A DNA stretch of 64,000 bases from Octopus bimaculoides (lineage: Eukaryota). The notes beneath the pieces were generated by a model that saw only the letters and a list, made by a program, of their open reading frames with translations, searched no databases and was not told the origin of the DNA. Below, piece after piece: positions 10,558 through 22,204 of this stretch. The stretch is taken from assembly GCF_001194135.2 (NCBI RefSeq), contig NC_068983.1, forward strand, positions 92,484,086 through 92,548,085. The letters are read 5' to 3'. Both the position numbers and the translations under genes were made by a program. Numbering within the stretch: the first letter of the stretch is position 1; the number at the start of each line of letters is the position of its first letter.

Positions 10558-13500
10558 TAAAGCTTTGTTAAGCTATGCATGAAGATAATCACAAACAGGA
10601 GTGTCAAAGTATCATTTATTCCACTTCAGTCATCTATTTTGTGAAGGAGAATACAGTCAGCCATTTAAACTTGAGTCTCGTTTACTGCCTAACTGAAAGT
10701 GCCTTCTCTATGTGGACCAGCTCGATAGCTAGCTTGCAGTGACGGTCCTTGTCTACAGTGACTCTGTTATGAATTCATGGGTAATGTCCTACATAGCTCC
10801 CCCTCAGAACTGTTGACTGTCATCAGAACTGAGGTGTTATCACCCTACCTGTGCATGTAGTTACTTGGCTCTTTGGCGACTGTTTCTCAGGGGTTGGTGC
10901 GACTTGCCTTTGGCAGTCTCTGTTTGGTGGTTAAACTACTTGAATAGAACTCATTATTGAGATGGGCCATTTTCAATATGTCAATGGAAACCATGTCCTG
11001 TCGTTCACCAATCAGGAGTTAAAATGACTTGACTCCTGTATGAATCATTTCATATGGGCCATCATAGGGTGACTGAAGGGGTTTTCGCCATGCATCTCAA
11101 CAAACGAACACAAACTTTGCCTTGTGGAGGTCATTTGGTGTGGATGACCTAGGTGTACCATGAATTGACATGGGAGTTGAACATAGTTGGCTCATGCTGT
11201 CTCTCAGTTGCTCAGATGGGGCACCATACACCATTTCTGCAGAAGATGTGTTGAGGTCTTCCTTCAGAGTGGTGTGGATTGCCAGCATCTCCCATGGAAG
11301 TTGGTCAATCCAGTTGGGCTTGTTAAGTATGGTTGTGAGGGGTTGGCCTTGGGTTAGTAGGCTGTTGTGTGTTTCATTGGGATGCTAAAAAATTCACAAC
11401 ATCATTCGACAGCTTCAAGGTGAACTGAGGTCCATGGGTGGATGAGTTGCTGTCTGGGACACCGAAACAGGTGACCCAGTTTGTGATGAAGGCGTGGGGG
11501 ATTTCCTGTGTTTTTGTGCTGTGGAGAGATATAGCCTAATCCAATGAGTGAAGCAATCCACTGTGGTTAGTAAGTATGAGCAACCTTGCAAAGGTGGTAG
11601 GGAACCAGGGAGGTTAGTGTTGATGTGGCTGAAATTGGCCTGTAGGGGTTTATAGCTGCCAAGAGGTGCTTTGGTATGTTGTTGGATTTTGACTTGTTGA
11701 CAGGGGATACAGGTTTTGGTCCACTCCCCAATTTGCTTTGCCAGATGAATTTGCATGATATCAGGTGCTGTGTGGCTCTGGTACTAGGTTAATGGGACGA
11801 TTGGTCTTGGCTTCCTGGTGGATACATTGCAAAGTAGGGATACATTGCAAAGTAGGAGCCAAAGTGCACATCCTGCAAGGAAAGGGAGGTGATGGTAGTG
11901 TGATAGGCCCTGATCTCATCATCTGTTTGGTGAACTATAGCCATAGCCTTCTAATGAAGACTTTCTGTTACTGAAGCTATATAGGTATCAAAGTAGATAG
12001 GGGCTCTAGGGAGTGCATCAGTGCCTGGGCTGCTTTTTCCAAATTATGTATTGAATGTCTGTTGTGTACTCAAAAATGGCTGATAACTGTTGCTGCTGAC
12101 ATGCGGACTATGGCTCTGACGGCTTGCTCATAATGAAGATGAGTGGTTTGTGGTCTGTGAACACTGTGAAAGTGTGACCTTCAAGAAAATAGTGAAAGTG
12201 GCAGACACCTAGATGGGTGTCAAAAGTGCTATATTTTTGTTCAGGTGGTCATAGTTGTTGACTGAAGAAGGCTAGAGGTCACCACTGACCATTGATGTAT
12301 TGTTCCAAAACTCCTCCAATGGCTGTGTCAATGCTGACATATGAGATGAGAAAGCATGGTTGCTTTAGCAAGAGCTTCTTTTGTGAATTTCAAGGCTGAG
12401 GTCATTGCACTGTCCCACTCCGCCTGTCTTTTTGAACTTTCTCCTGACAGCAGTTTGTACAGGGGTCTCATCATTCTTGCTGTCAAGTGGATGAAATGAA
12501 GATAAAAGTTTACCATACCCACAAATTGGCACAGAGCCTCATTTGTGGTGGGGCATGGAAAGGACAGGATAGCTTTAACTTTTTCTGGTGTAGCACCTGC
12601 ACCTGTGATACAATGTCCCAGGAAGTCAATTTCCTAACATCAAAGACACACTTGGCAGGGTTGACTACCAAGCCATATTGTTCCAGTCTATCAAAAGGGA
12701 TCACTAGGTGCTTCTTGTGTAGCTCCACATTTTGTCTTGTGACAAGGATGTCATCTAGGTATATAAAGACAAAATTTAGACCCATGCACACAGAATCCAT
12801 CAAGCACGGGAAGGATTGTGCTGCATTTTTAATGCCAAAGTGTTATGTAGAAGTTTTGTACAGTCCAAAAAGAGTGATCGCAACAGTTTTAGACACATCA
12901 TCATCTCATACTGGTATTTGATGGTAACCTCAGATGAGATTGACCTTCAAGGAAAAAGAAAAACCCAGCTAACTGGATTGAGAAGTCTTATGTATGCAGA
13001 ATGAAGTAGTGGTCAGGTGTTGTGTTCGTGTTGAGATGACAAAAATCTCCACAAGGTCACCAACATCCAATGGCTTTTGGTTCTACATGTAGAGGTGATG
13101 ACCAGAGATTGCTTGATTGGCAAATAATACCCAAAGTTTCCGTATTGCTGAACTTGACCCTCATAATAGCAAGTTTGTCTGGTAGACGATGTGTGCAGCT
13201 GTGCAATGGAGGACCAGTGTGGTGCTTCGTTCCATGGCAGATTGTGAGATTCAGGCAGCTCACAAGGAGATTTGAGAATTCATTTTTAGTCTGAGAGACA
13301 GCTGTATATATGAGGGGCAGCAAATACAGATGCTGGGCTCACACTGATTTCTGCTTCTGTGTTGATTAGAAATCTTCATCCAGAGATCCTATCATAAACA
13401 TACAGGAGCAGTTGATTGTGTTTGCCAGCCACCAGGTTGTTTAATGGCAACTGACCCTGTGTTTCCTGGGGCTGATGACAAAGGGATCTTGAAGCTACAT

Positions 13501-14290
13501 GGTCACTTCCACTTGGTAGCCTTTGTCCCAAACTTTGTGTGATAAAAACACAGATCATCTTGTGTAACTTCACCATACCTTGGGGCTGACCTTATGGTGT
13601 TGATTGTGTAACTCCACCAGACAAAAATTGCTTGTCAGCCACTGACTGCCATAGGTCCTTGATGTTGGTCTGAGTTATGAGGGACTGGACCTTAGGTGAC
13701 AATCTACAGAGAAATATCTCCCTAAACAAGGTTACTCATCAGTGGGTACTGATGCCAGCATCCAGTTCGTTAGCTCAAAAAGCTTGGAATTGCCTAATCC
13801 TTCCACATCCAGTGTCCTGGCTGCTGCTTCCTTTCATTAAGCCGAAATGTTTCTCTTTTGAAGTGGCATATTTGTGAGTAGCCAGCACTTGAGATAGGAT
13901 GTCTAACACATTTGCTACTGTGTCCTCATCCAGTGCTGCTGTTACATATGAATATTTTGTCAGGTTGGAGGTGATCTTCTTTGTATGGACCTTTGATTCA
14001 ACATGTGTGAACCTGAATTGCAGGAGCTTCAGTGTAACAGTGCTCTTGCTTGCCACATTTGTGTGTTTTCTATATAAAAATAGTCACAAACAAGCGTATG
14101 TTGGAGTATCACTTATTCCATTTCAGTTATCTACAATGTATGAGAGAGTACAATCAGCCATTTAAACCCAAGTCTCATTTACTGTCTAACCAGAAGTCCC
14201 TTCTCACTGTGAACTAACTCAATAGCTAGCCTACAGTGAAGGTCCTTGTCTACAGTTCATCTGTTAGAAATTCACAGACAACGCCCTACA
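10558..14290 (-). mobile_element. Old, degenerate Ty3/Gypsy LTR retrotransposon with two LTRs
   Basis: Minus-strand gag (KLLQF..VE..ITS..TKYSYVTAALD), protease-like region (LLYVYDRISG), RT (WSSPLHV; FIYLDDILV near 12750) and integrase zinc-finger part (WTKTCIPCQQVK). LTRs ~10560-10793 and ~14060-14290, both starting TGTAGG on minus. PPT ctgagggggagcta at 10794-10807. TSD ATGG. Confidence 0.9.
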
Positions 14291-14695
14291 ATGGACTCAG
14301 TGCAACAGATTAGCTACTGGGAGAAGTTAAAAGAGCTAAAGTTCTGCTCCCTAGAAAGGAGGTGCAATTATATGCCATGATATACATACAGAAGATCCTG
14401 CAAGAATTTTGGAACTGAAAGTTTTACCAACCACCAAACTGGATGACAATGCAGAGTATCAAAGATCCCATTTTCTCCATCTAGAATCAAGACCCAATAC
14501 TGTAAGAGCTTGAGTTTCAAGGGTCAACAACTATTCAACATTATGTCAAACAGTCTCAGAGATTTGTGAGGTGATGTAGAATTCTTCAAAGAGCATCTGA
14601 ACAAATTTTAATCTGACTTATGACATGAACCCAGATCATGGCAGGAGGCACAAAGAAGAACAGCTCCATCCCAATTCACTATTTCACCATAAACT
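14291..14695 (+). mobile_element. 3' continuation of the CR1-group LINE
   Basis: DSVQQISYWEKLKELKFCSLERR continues the HYKKKM reading that stops at 10557. Confidence 0.8.
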
Positions 14696-14780
14696 AATAT
14701 ATATATATATATATAACCTTAGGTTCTGGTAGGGTATAAAGGTAGAGTATTTCCAGAAAAGCACTCAACCTGAATTACAG

Positions 14781-14936
14781 GTAAGTTCACCACCATCAAT
14801 TCACTGTGAAGAAAGTTCACCGCAAGGAAAGTTGACTGAGAAAATATACCCATAGTATCTCACTATTTTATTGAAAAAAATTTTGAATTGATGATGGTGA
14901 ACTTTCCCTGCAATGAATTGATGACAGTGAACTTAC
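14781..14936. mobile_element. Small degenerate foldback/MITE
   Basis: gtaagttcaccaccatcaattcactgtgaagaaagttcacc (14781-14821) pairs imperfectly with ggtgaactttccctgcaatgaattgatgacagtgaacttac (14896-14936). Confidence 0.55.
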
Positions 14937-15124
14937 TGGACTTGCTCAGCCTGTGCTCTGGGCTATCAACACTATTGGATTTGAGACTAATACCAAAATT
15001 CTTCAAGTGTAGAAAATCCTGGTTTCGCGATGGTAAAACTGTTGTGTGGGTGTAGTGAAGAGTAAACTAAAATCCAAATAATAAGAAAACAAAGAAATCC
15101 AAATAATAAGAAAACAAAAAATTC

Positions 15125-15761
15125 GGCACTGTCATGCTATTAGCTGTCAGAAGTGAAAGTGCTCACTGCTAGTGAAGTATCTGTCTGTCTGCCTGCATGC
15201 CTGTTGCTGTGTCCGTCTGTCTGTCTGCCTGCTGGTTTGAGTTGATACTTTGGCTTACTTACTTACTGATATCTATCTACTATCTATCTAGCTATCTATC
15301 AATCACTCGTCCACCTTATTAGAAAACACAAATTTAATATAAAAACATATTTCCTGAAATTGCAAATTATTTAAAATATAAAAATATAATTTTCAACAGA
15401 GAGAATTTATCAAAATAGAAAACAAATGAAGTTTGAAGTTTAAGAATAATAGGATCGACCACTCACGACTAGCTAGCGCGGACGCGCGACTGCGCGTTCT
15501 GGACCACTCTGCTTTAGTAGTACCCTTATACTCTGTGTGTTTTCAAACGCATGGATATAGGTGTCAAATTTGTTCCAATAACTTTCGAGTAATAGATAGA
15601 GAGAGAGACAGACAGACATATAGCTCGCTCCGGCCAGTCATGGTATTAGCTGTCAGTAGCCAAAGAATCGACAGGCCAGCAACAGGCATGCAGGCAGACA
15701 GACAGATACTTCACTAGCAGTGAGCACTTTCACTTCTGGCAGCTAATAGCATGACAGTGCC
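15125..15761. mobile_element. Young 637-bp non-autonomous DNA transposon (MITE), Merlin-like or Mutator-like
   Basis: 85-bp TIRs (15125-15209 and 15677-15761) with one mismatch, starting GGCAC. Perfect 8-bp TSD aaaaattc at 15117-15124 and 15762-15769. Confidence 0.9.
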
Positions 15762-15773
15762 AAAAATTCATTA

Positions 15774-15994
15774 CAATTGTTTCTGTACCAACTCTGCTTG
15801 CAACAAAAGTTTATACAAAAATTTGAAGTGAAAATTTATGTAATATTTGCAGTTTTAAACATTAGTGTGGCACCTTTAATGCAAGTCTGATGAAGTGCTA
15901 CTATAATGTCTAAAACTGCAAACATTATGTGAATTTTCACTTGGAAATTTTGCTTAAACTGGCATTGCAAGCAGAGTTGGTACAGAAACAATTG
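15774..15994. mobile_element. Tc1/mariner-type foldback MITE
   Basis: Termini caattgtttctgtaccaactctgcttgcaa and ttgcaagcagagttggtacagaaacaattg are perfectly inverted, and pairing continues imperfectly for ~95 bp. TA flanks at 15772-15773 and 15995-15996. Confidence 0.8.
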
Positions 15995-16064
15995 TAACAA
16001 ATCATTACAGATGTGTTAAAGGATTTCTTTGTCTTCTTATATATATATATATATATATATATAT

Positions 16065-16815
16065 CATCATCATCATCATCATCATCGTTTAACGTCCGCT
16101 TTCCATGCTAGCATGGGTTGGACGATTTGACTGAGGACTGGTGAAACCGGATGGCAACACCAGGCTCCAGTCTGATTTGGCAGAGTTTCTACAGCTGGAT
16201 GCCCTTCCTAACGCCAACCACTCAGAGAGTGTAGTGGGTGCTTTTANNNNNNNNNNNNNNNNNNNNNNNNNNNNNNNNNNNNNNNNNNNNNNNNNNNNNN
16301 NNNNNNNNNNNNNNNNNNNNNNNNNNNNNNNNNNNNNNNNNNNNNNNNNNNNNNNNNNNNNNNNNNNNNNNNNNNNNNNNNNNNNNNNNNNNNNNNNNNN
16401 NNNNNNNNNNNNNNNNNNNNNNNNNNNNNNNNNNNNNNNNNNNNNNNNNNNNNNNNNNNNNNNNNNNNNNNNNNNNNNNNNNNNNNNNNNNNNNNNNNNN
16501 NNNNNNNNNNNNNNNNNNNNNNNNNNNNNNNNNNNNNNNNNNNNNNNNNNNNNNNNNNNNNNNNNNNNNNNNNNNNNNNNNNNNNNNNNNNNNNNNNNNN
16601 NNNNNNNNNNNNNNNNNNNNNNNNNNNNNNNNNNNNNNNNNNNNNNNNNNNNNNNNNNNNNNNNNNNNNNNNNNNNCCCTCAACTGTTAGGGTGTGGCAC
16701 TTTTTCACGCAGCTATCCTCCTCCATTCTCACCACATGTCCATACCAGCGCAATCGTCTCTCTTGCACGCCACAACTGATGCTTCTAATGTTCAGCTTTT
16801 CTCTCAAGATACTTA
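16065..16815 (-). mobile_element. 5'-truncated young RTE LINE spanning an assembly gap
   Basis: Minus strand LREKLNIRSISCGVQERRLRWYGHVVRMEEDSCVKKCHTL, gap 16247-16677, then the family tail catgctagcatggaaagcggacgttaaacgatgatgatg. Confidence 0.85.
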
Positions 16816-16832
16816 CATATATATATATATAT

Positions 16833-16869
<37 letters not shown>

Positions 16870-16874
16870 GCATG

Positions 16875-17260
16875 GTTAATTAGCTTGTTTCTCTACAACA
16901 TTGTTTCAGTTTGACTCTCACTGCATGACACCTTGGACAATTTTCTCAATTCTCTACTACTATAACATGTAGGCAATAAAAGGCTTTTGAGTGAATTTTG
17001 TAGACAGAAACTGAAAGAAACCCATACTATATATGTGTGTTTGAATGTGTCTGTGTGCATGTCCCTGTGTATGTGCCTCTCTTCTGGCATGGTTGTGAAT
17101 GAGTGTCAGCATCATACAAACAAGGCCTTGTGTTTCCAATTAAAATCATTCCTGGCCATGGAGAAACATTACTGTGTATGAGAACAGGTGAAGGTTGAAA
17201 ACAGGACATCTCAAATTTTTGTCTGATCTATACAAGCATGGAAAACTGGTTAGAAAAATA
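16875..17260 (+). mobile_element. Degenerate tripartite SINE (tRNA head, GT-rich middle, RTE-like tail)
   Basis: ccttggacaa...gagtgaattttgtagacagaaactgaaagaaacc head and caagcatggaaaactgg tail. Confidence 0.55.
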
Positions 17261-17788
17261 ATAACATTTTTTTTTGTCTTTAGTTAGTAAGTGTTATTTC
17301 CTAATTGCTTTTCTCCAGAAATCAAAAGAAATGACAATTATTCCCTTCAAATGTCACTTGTGACCTGGACATTGATGTTTTGAAACTGACCTACTTTCCA
17401 TTACATTTCAAACAGATTCAGCACCAAGTTGCTGAAGCAGAAATATCATTGTAGCAAATATTCTGCTCAATACTACAGATTTGCTTGTCAGTTGCTTGAC
17501 CTTAACTACCTGAGCATGTCTCTTAGTGGTTGACAATATGTGCATCTCTGCTCATGAGCAGGAGTTTTGAGAGAGCATTATACCCATATGTTGAGAGGGC
17601 ATTTTGGGGGTTTGAATAAATCTAACAGAAGCAAAGTTTGAAGGAAACATTAGCCATTTTACATACTTTCTAGGAGTAAGCAAACAGGAAATAACAGTTG
17701 CTAACCAAGAACAAAAATCATGTTACACAGTGTAATTATATCATCAGCAGAATTTCATGCCTATTTTCCATGCTGGTATGAGTTAGAC

Positions 17789-18119
17789 CAGGGCTGGCCA
17801 ACCTGAGGCCCACAGGCTGCATGCAGCCCACAGACTTTTATCTTTTGGCCCACTTAATACTTTCTTGAAATGGATTTATTTAAACAAACATTTAAAAAAT
17901 TTTATCAAAAATTAAATATTGTAATGAAAAGTAAAAAAGTAAGATACTATTGTTTTTGTAACAATAATATTTCATGTTGAATCAACAATCATTCATTCAT
18001 TATTGTAATGAAAGTATGAGAATGCAAAATGCTTTCAATTCTGTCAGTATACAAGCATCCCTCAAAAAACTTTCTGTGATTAAAGTGGCCTGCAATGTAA
18101 TTTGAGTTGGTCAGGCCTG
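17789..18119. mobile_element. hAT (Charlie-like) MITE
   Basis: TIRs cagggctggccaac and gttggtcaggcctg. 8-bp TSD agttagac (17781-17788) versus acttagac (18120-18127), 7/8 identical. Confidence 0.8.
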
Positions 18120-19559
18120 ACTTAGACAGTTTGACAAAATCTAGTGAGCTCCAATATTAGCTTTGGCATGGTTTCTACAGCTGGCACCCCTTCCTAATGC
18201 CAACCACTTTATAATTTTTACTGAATGCTTTTCATCATGCCATTGGCATGGGTTAAGTCACCAGGTGACTTGTAAGACAAGAAAAGACTAGGAAAAAGGA
18301 AAAAGCCCCCTCAATTAAGTGGGGATGAGTATTTGAGAAGTGTTGAAGAAGTACCTCAGTGGGAGGTGGCTTCATACCAGGTGTGGTGAGTATAAAGGAT
18401 GACAGAGGGACAAACCCAGGTGTTTTGTTATAGAGGATACATTGCTTCTCTGTATGATATAAGGGTGGGTGGGAGTAGCTGGAAAGAAGGTAAAAATGAT
18501 GGTGATAAGATGCCAGAGCATTTTGAGATACAAGAAGGTGGATGTAAGAGAGGATAAAAACAGTGAATCAGTGGAGGAAAGGAGAAGTGTTATAGGAGTC
18601 TGATGGGACAGTAACAGATAGTTAGAAATGCGGTTAAGGTGAATGTAGTGGGTGATGAACAAGGGTGGATGTGCACATAAAGAGAAATTCCAATATGGAG
18701 AAAGGGTACAGTATGAGAGATAAAAATAGCTCAATGAGGAATGGACCTGAAACAGGGGAGATGAATGTGCAAGGTGTAGGAGTGTTGGGGAGGGAAATGT
18801 AGAGGTACATAATGAGGGTTATAGTAAGGAAGTATTTTGGAAGATATGTGTGGGCATTGAGAATAATAGCAGATACAAGATGTATTTAGATGGAGTATGG
18901 CAGAGGACCATGTGTGATTGGTAGAAATAGTGTGGGAAGGAATAATAATAAAAATGAGAGATAGAAATGGTCCCAGATGTGGAGAAGGAACGTAAATGCC
19001 AGCACAAAGAAAGCAAGAGATGTAATTTGTGCCAATTCTACTCTCAAGTGATTGCAGCAGCTGAGTAATGCTAAAGATAGAGGAGTGATTGGTGGTATTG
19101 GATGAGATGTGGAGAATACTTGATAACTGGGCAGAAAAGGTGAAGGAGCAAGGTGCCCTCACACACACACACACACACACAAGTGAACCATCATCCATGT
19201 GGACACATTTCTCTTTTTTTCTTTTGATTCGTACACTACTAACGTTCTTCAAAGAAGAAAAAAGCACTCGTTCTATGAATTTCCTCTAGATTGTAATTGT
19301 TTCTGATGAAATATCTCACTTCGTAAAATAATGTGTAAAGAACAAATTCACTGTTTCTATCATGGTGACAATCTCTAAAAAGAATGAAATAGTTAACCGC
19401 TAGAATTCATATTAAGTAAACCCCACCAAAAAAATTTAGACGTGAGTTATATGCATATTTTTCCTCATAATTCCTTAATTTTTAATTCAAGTTTCTAATC
19501 CTGCCTCATATTATGAGGAAATTATCATCTCCATTGTGATAGCTACTATTACTAGGGAG

Positions 19560-20080
19560 ACCATATTTATTTGAAAAGTTCATGCTGTAATTTCACAAGA
19601 ATCCATTTTAAATTGTTGACAAAGTCAAGGCATGTGTGTTTATGAATAGTTACCCATTTGACAATCCCACCAAGTTTTTTGGGTGAAGTCCTACTTTGGA
19701 GGTTGTTTGTGGAGGCCTGAGGCACTTCTTCAATGATTATTCGCATTTAATAGTTTTAATTTCTTGTTATCGTAAAAAAAAAGGGTTGTTTTCTTCACAT
19801 TTGTTCAATAAATTGCAGATGGAAATCCATTGGACAAGGACAGCCTTATTCAATTGATGTGAGACCCAAACATTGAACCTGCTGATGTAATCAAGTTGAT
19901 GCAGATGGTTTTCAACACTTGATTTGGATATCTGGAAAATATCTGTGATCATCTTGGTTGTATAATGGGAGTTTATGTCCACTAACTCCTTCATTTTGTT
20001 ACTGTTAATTACAGTTGCCTAACCAGAATGAGGTGCATCTTGAACTGAAATATTTCCTAATTGAAATCTTAAAAACAACT
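19560..20080 (-). mobile_element. Mariner transposase fragment
   Basis: ORF 19767-19994 reads ISKSSVENHLHQLDYISRFNVWVSHQLNK...ISICNLLNK..ENNPFF, a degenerate WVPHEL region. Boundaries are approximate. Confidence 0.75.
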
Positions 20081-20289
20081 TCTGGCACACACCTTTTTTA
20101 ACCTGGGTATTAGTGGTGTCTGTATCCTTTTCCTTTCCTTCCAGGTTGGGTAGGCTGATATTCAACTTGAATTTCTAAGAGTAATGCCTACAGGCGAGTT
20201 CCAAAATGTTATAGTTCTAAACAGAAAGGATTCAGCAAAATGTTTAGTGTGAGGTTTGGTTGTATGTCTGATGAAAAAGCTTTGGCAGA

Positions 20290-21185
20290 GTTGGCACATT
20301 GTGTTCCGGTTTAGAGAAATAAAAGGCGTTGTTAACTTAGCAAAGACAAAAGTTGTGTTATTAAAAAAGCAGATAATTCTCTCCTTCTGTCAGGTAAATG
20401 GCCTTGCTCAATATGTAGGAAAGGAATGGGACGTAATTCTATTTGCTGCATCAAGTGTAAGCTTGGACACATAAGAGATGCAGTGGAATGTTAGATAGGT
20501 TAACAGATAAGGCTGCTTTCATGTGTGGCAGATGCACTAGAACAATAGGCACTAAGGGCACAAGGGACTTAAACTCTCTAAAATGCCCAGGAGGCTCTCT
20601 TGAGGTAATAGATAATTTGTGCTATTTAGGTGACCAAATTAGTAAAGGTGGTGGATGCTCTGAAAGTATTGCTTCTAGAATAAGAATAGGATGGAAGAAG
20701 TTTAGAGAGCAGCTACCTCTGTTGACAGCAAGAGAACTCTCTCTCAGAGTGAAAGGCAGATTGTATGATGCCTGTGTGAGAACAGCTATATTACATGGTA
20801 GTGAGACATGGGCTATGACTGCAGAGGACATGCACAAATGGAGAGGAATGAAGGTAGTATGCTCTGTTGGATTTGCAACATCAGTGTGCATGACTGACAA
20901 ACCACAACTGTGTTGAGAGAAAAATCAGGTATAAGAGTATTAAATGTGGCATGCAGGAGAGGAGAATGCAATGGTTTGAACATGTGATGCATATGTGTGA
21001 AGACAGCTGTATAAAGAAGTACCTGTCACTGAAAGTGGATCGTACCTGTGGAAGAGGGAAACCCAGGAAGACATGGGATGAAGTGATGAGAACTGATCTT
21101 AGGATGTTGAGGCTCATGGAGGAAAAGACAATGGACCAAGATGTTAGGTGATATGAGGTTCAAGAGAAGACCCGTTTGTGTCAGT
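20290..21185 (+). mobile_element. RTE LINE 3' fragment (PHD-containing family)
   Basis: NLAKTKVV...HKRCSG...FMCGRC...YLGDQISKGGGCSES...RVKGRLYDACVRTAILHGSETWA...GRGKPRKTWDEV. Confidence 0.85.
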
Positions 21186-21405
21186 GAAACTGAGTGCTAG
21201 AAGAGTTGTGCCCCATCCACATGTAACAATGAACTTTTCACACTCCTTACCCCAAGAAACCAAACTACATCTCTTCTAAACAGCATCTTTCTCTTCCTCA
21301 CATTTCCTCTTCATAAACTATGATTGTCTTTCAGCCCCCACCTCTCTCCCAAGATGCAGCATTAACTACAACCATCTATTTTTCTCCCCTATTTTTTTAC
21401 GGTAG

Positions 21406-21474
21406 TTATCAGAACAGCAACAGATGCCACAGACACAGCTGAGGAACGAAATCATTGATCAAACCATTCCTCCA
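21406..21474 (+). CDS. scrib: scrib exon, LSEQQQMPQTQLRNEIIDQTIPP
   Basis: Pyrimidine tract plus acggtag acceptor, consensus donor CCA|gtgagt, 69 nt open, phase 0-0, in frame with the PDZ exon. Assignment to scrib is by strand and phase only. Confidence 0.65.
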
Positions 21475-21599
21475 GTGAGTTACCTTTGTTATTGTTTCTT
21501 CATCATTACCAGTTTTTCTTATCAATATTATTGTTTAACAACAACTTCATTATGCCATTACCATCATCATTTACTTCTTATCACTGAGCTGGATGTATA

Positions 21600-21790
21600 T
21601 GGCTTTGTGGTTAGGCTATGGTCTTGAGATTGTGGGTTCATTTCATGGACTGAGCAATGCATTGTTTTCTTGAGCAAAACACTTCATTTCATATTGCTCC
21701 AGCCCTCTTAGCTGTTAAAAATGAGCAATCCTGTGACAGACCAGTGTTCTGTCTTATTGGGGGAATATATGTACCATAGAATCTGGAAAA
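21600..21790 (+). mobile_element. tRNA-derived SINE (second family)
   Basis: ggctttgtggttagg...gggttcattt...cttgagcaaaacacttcatttcatattgctccag matches copies at 48592 and 45385. Confidence 0.6.
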
Positions 21791-21970
21791 CCTGCTTTAT
21801 GAGCCTATGGCTCAGTAAGGATCTTAGATCCTTTTGACTAAGCTGGGTGGCATGAGCAATTTCAAAAGATTTTTAAAATCTTACTCACTCATTCTCTCTC
21901 TCTTCACCCCATTTGTCTGTTTGTCTATCTACTGAATTTTACTGTTTCATGCATTTTTTGTATTATATAG

Positions 21971-22060
21971 GTAGAAAGTGTTACTCTAGAAACTGCCTCT
22001 GTAACCCTTAGAATGCCAGATGTTGGTCCCATTATTCAAAGGGCACCATTTCCTAATTTA
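21971..22060 (+). CDS. scrib: scrib exon, VESVTLETASVTLRMPDVGPIIQRAPFPNL
   Basis: Acceptor ttttttgtattatatag, donor TTA|gtgagt, 90 nt open, phase 0-0. Confidence 0.7.
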
Positions 22061-22204
22061 GTGAGTATTTCTTTCTTTTCCTTTTAATTCTATCATTTTC
22101 CCCTTTTTAACTTTTACTATTTAATTATTAGTTGAGAGTAGTTCGGGCACTGGACTACTGCTAAAATATCCACATTTTCAAATCTCTGTAAAATGATAGC
22201 AAAT

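Noticed and set aside
11821-11856. 18-bp tandem duplication gatacattgcaaagtagg
   Set aside because: A simple slippage event within a dead Gypsy, with no sign of function.
18300-19270. ORFs 18372-18734 and 18731-19267 on the minus strand
   Set aside because: They arise from purine/pyrimidine strand asymmetry in low-complexity DNA. The translations are S/L/F/H-biased with no motif.
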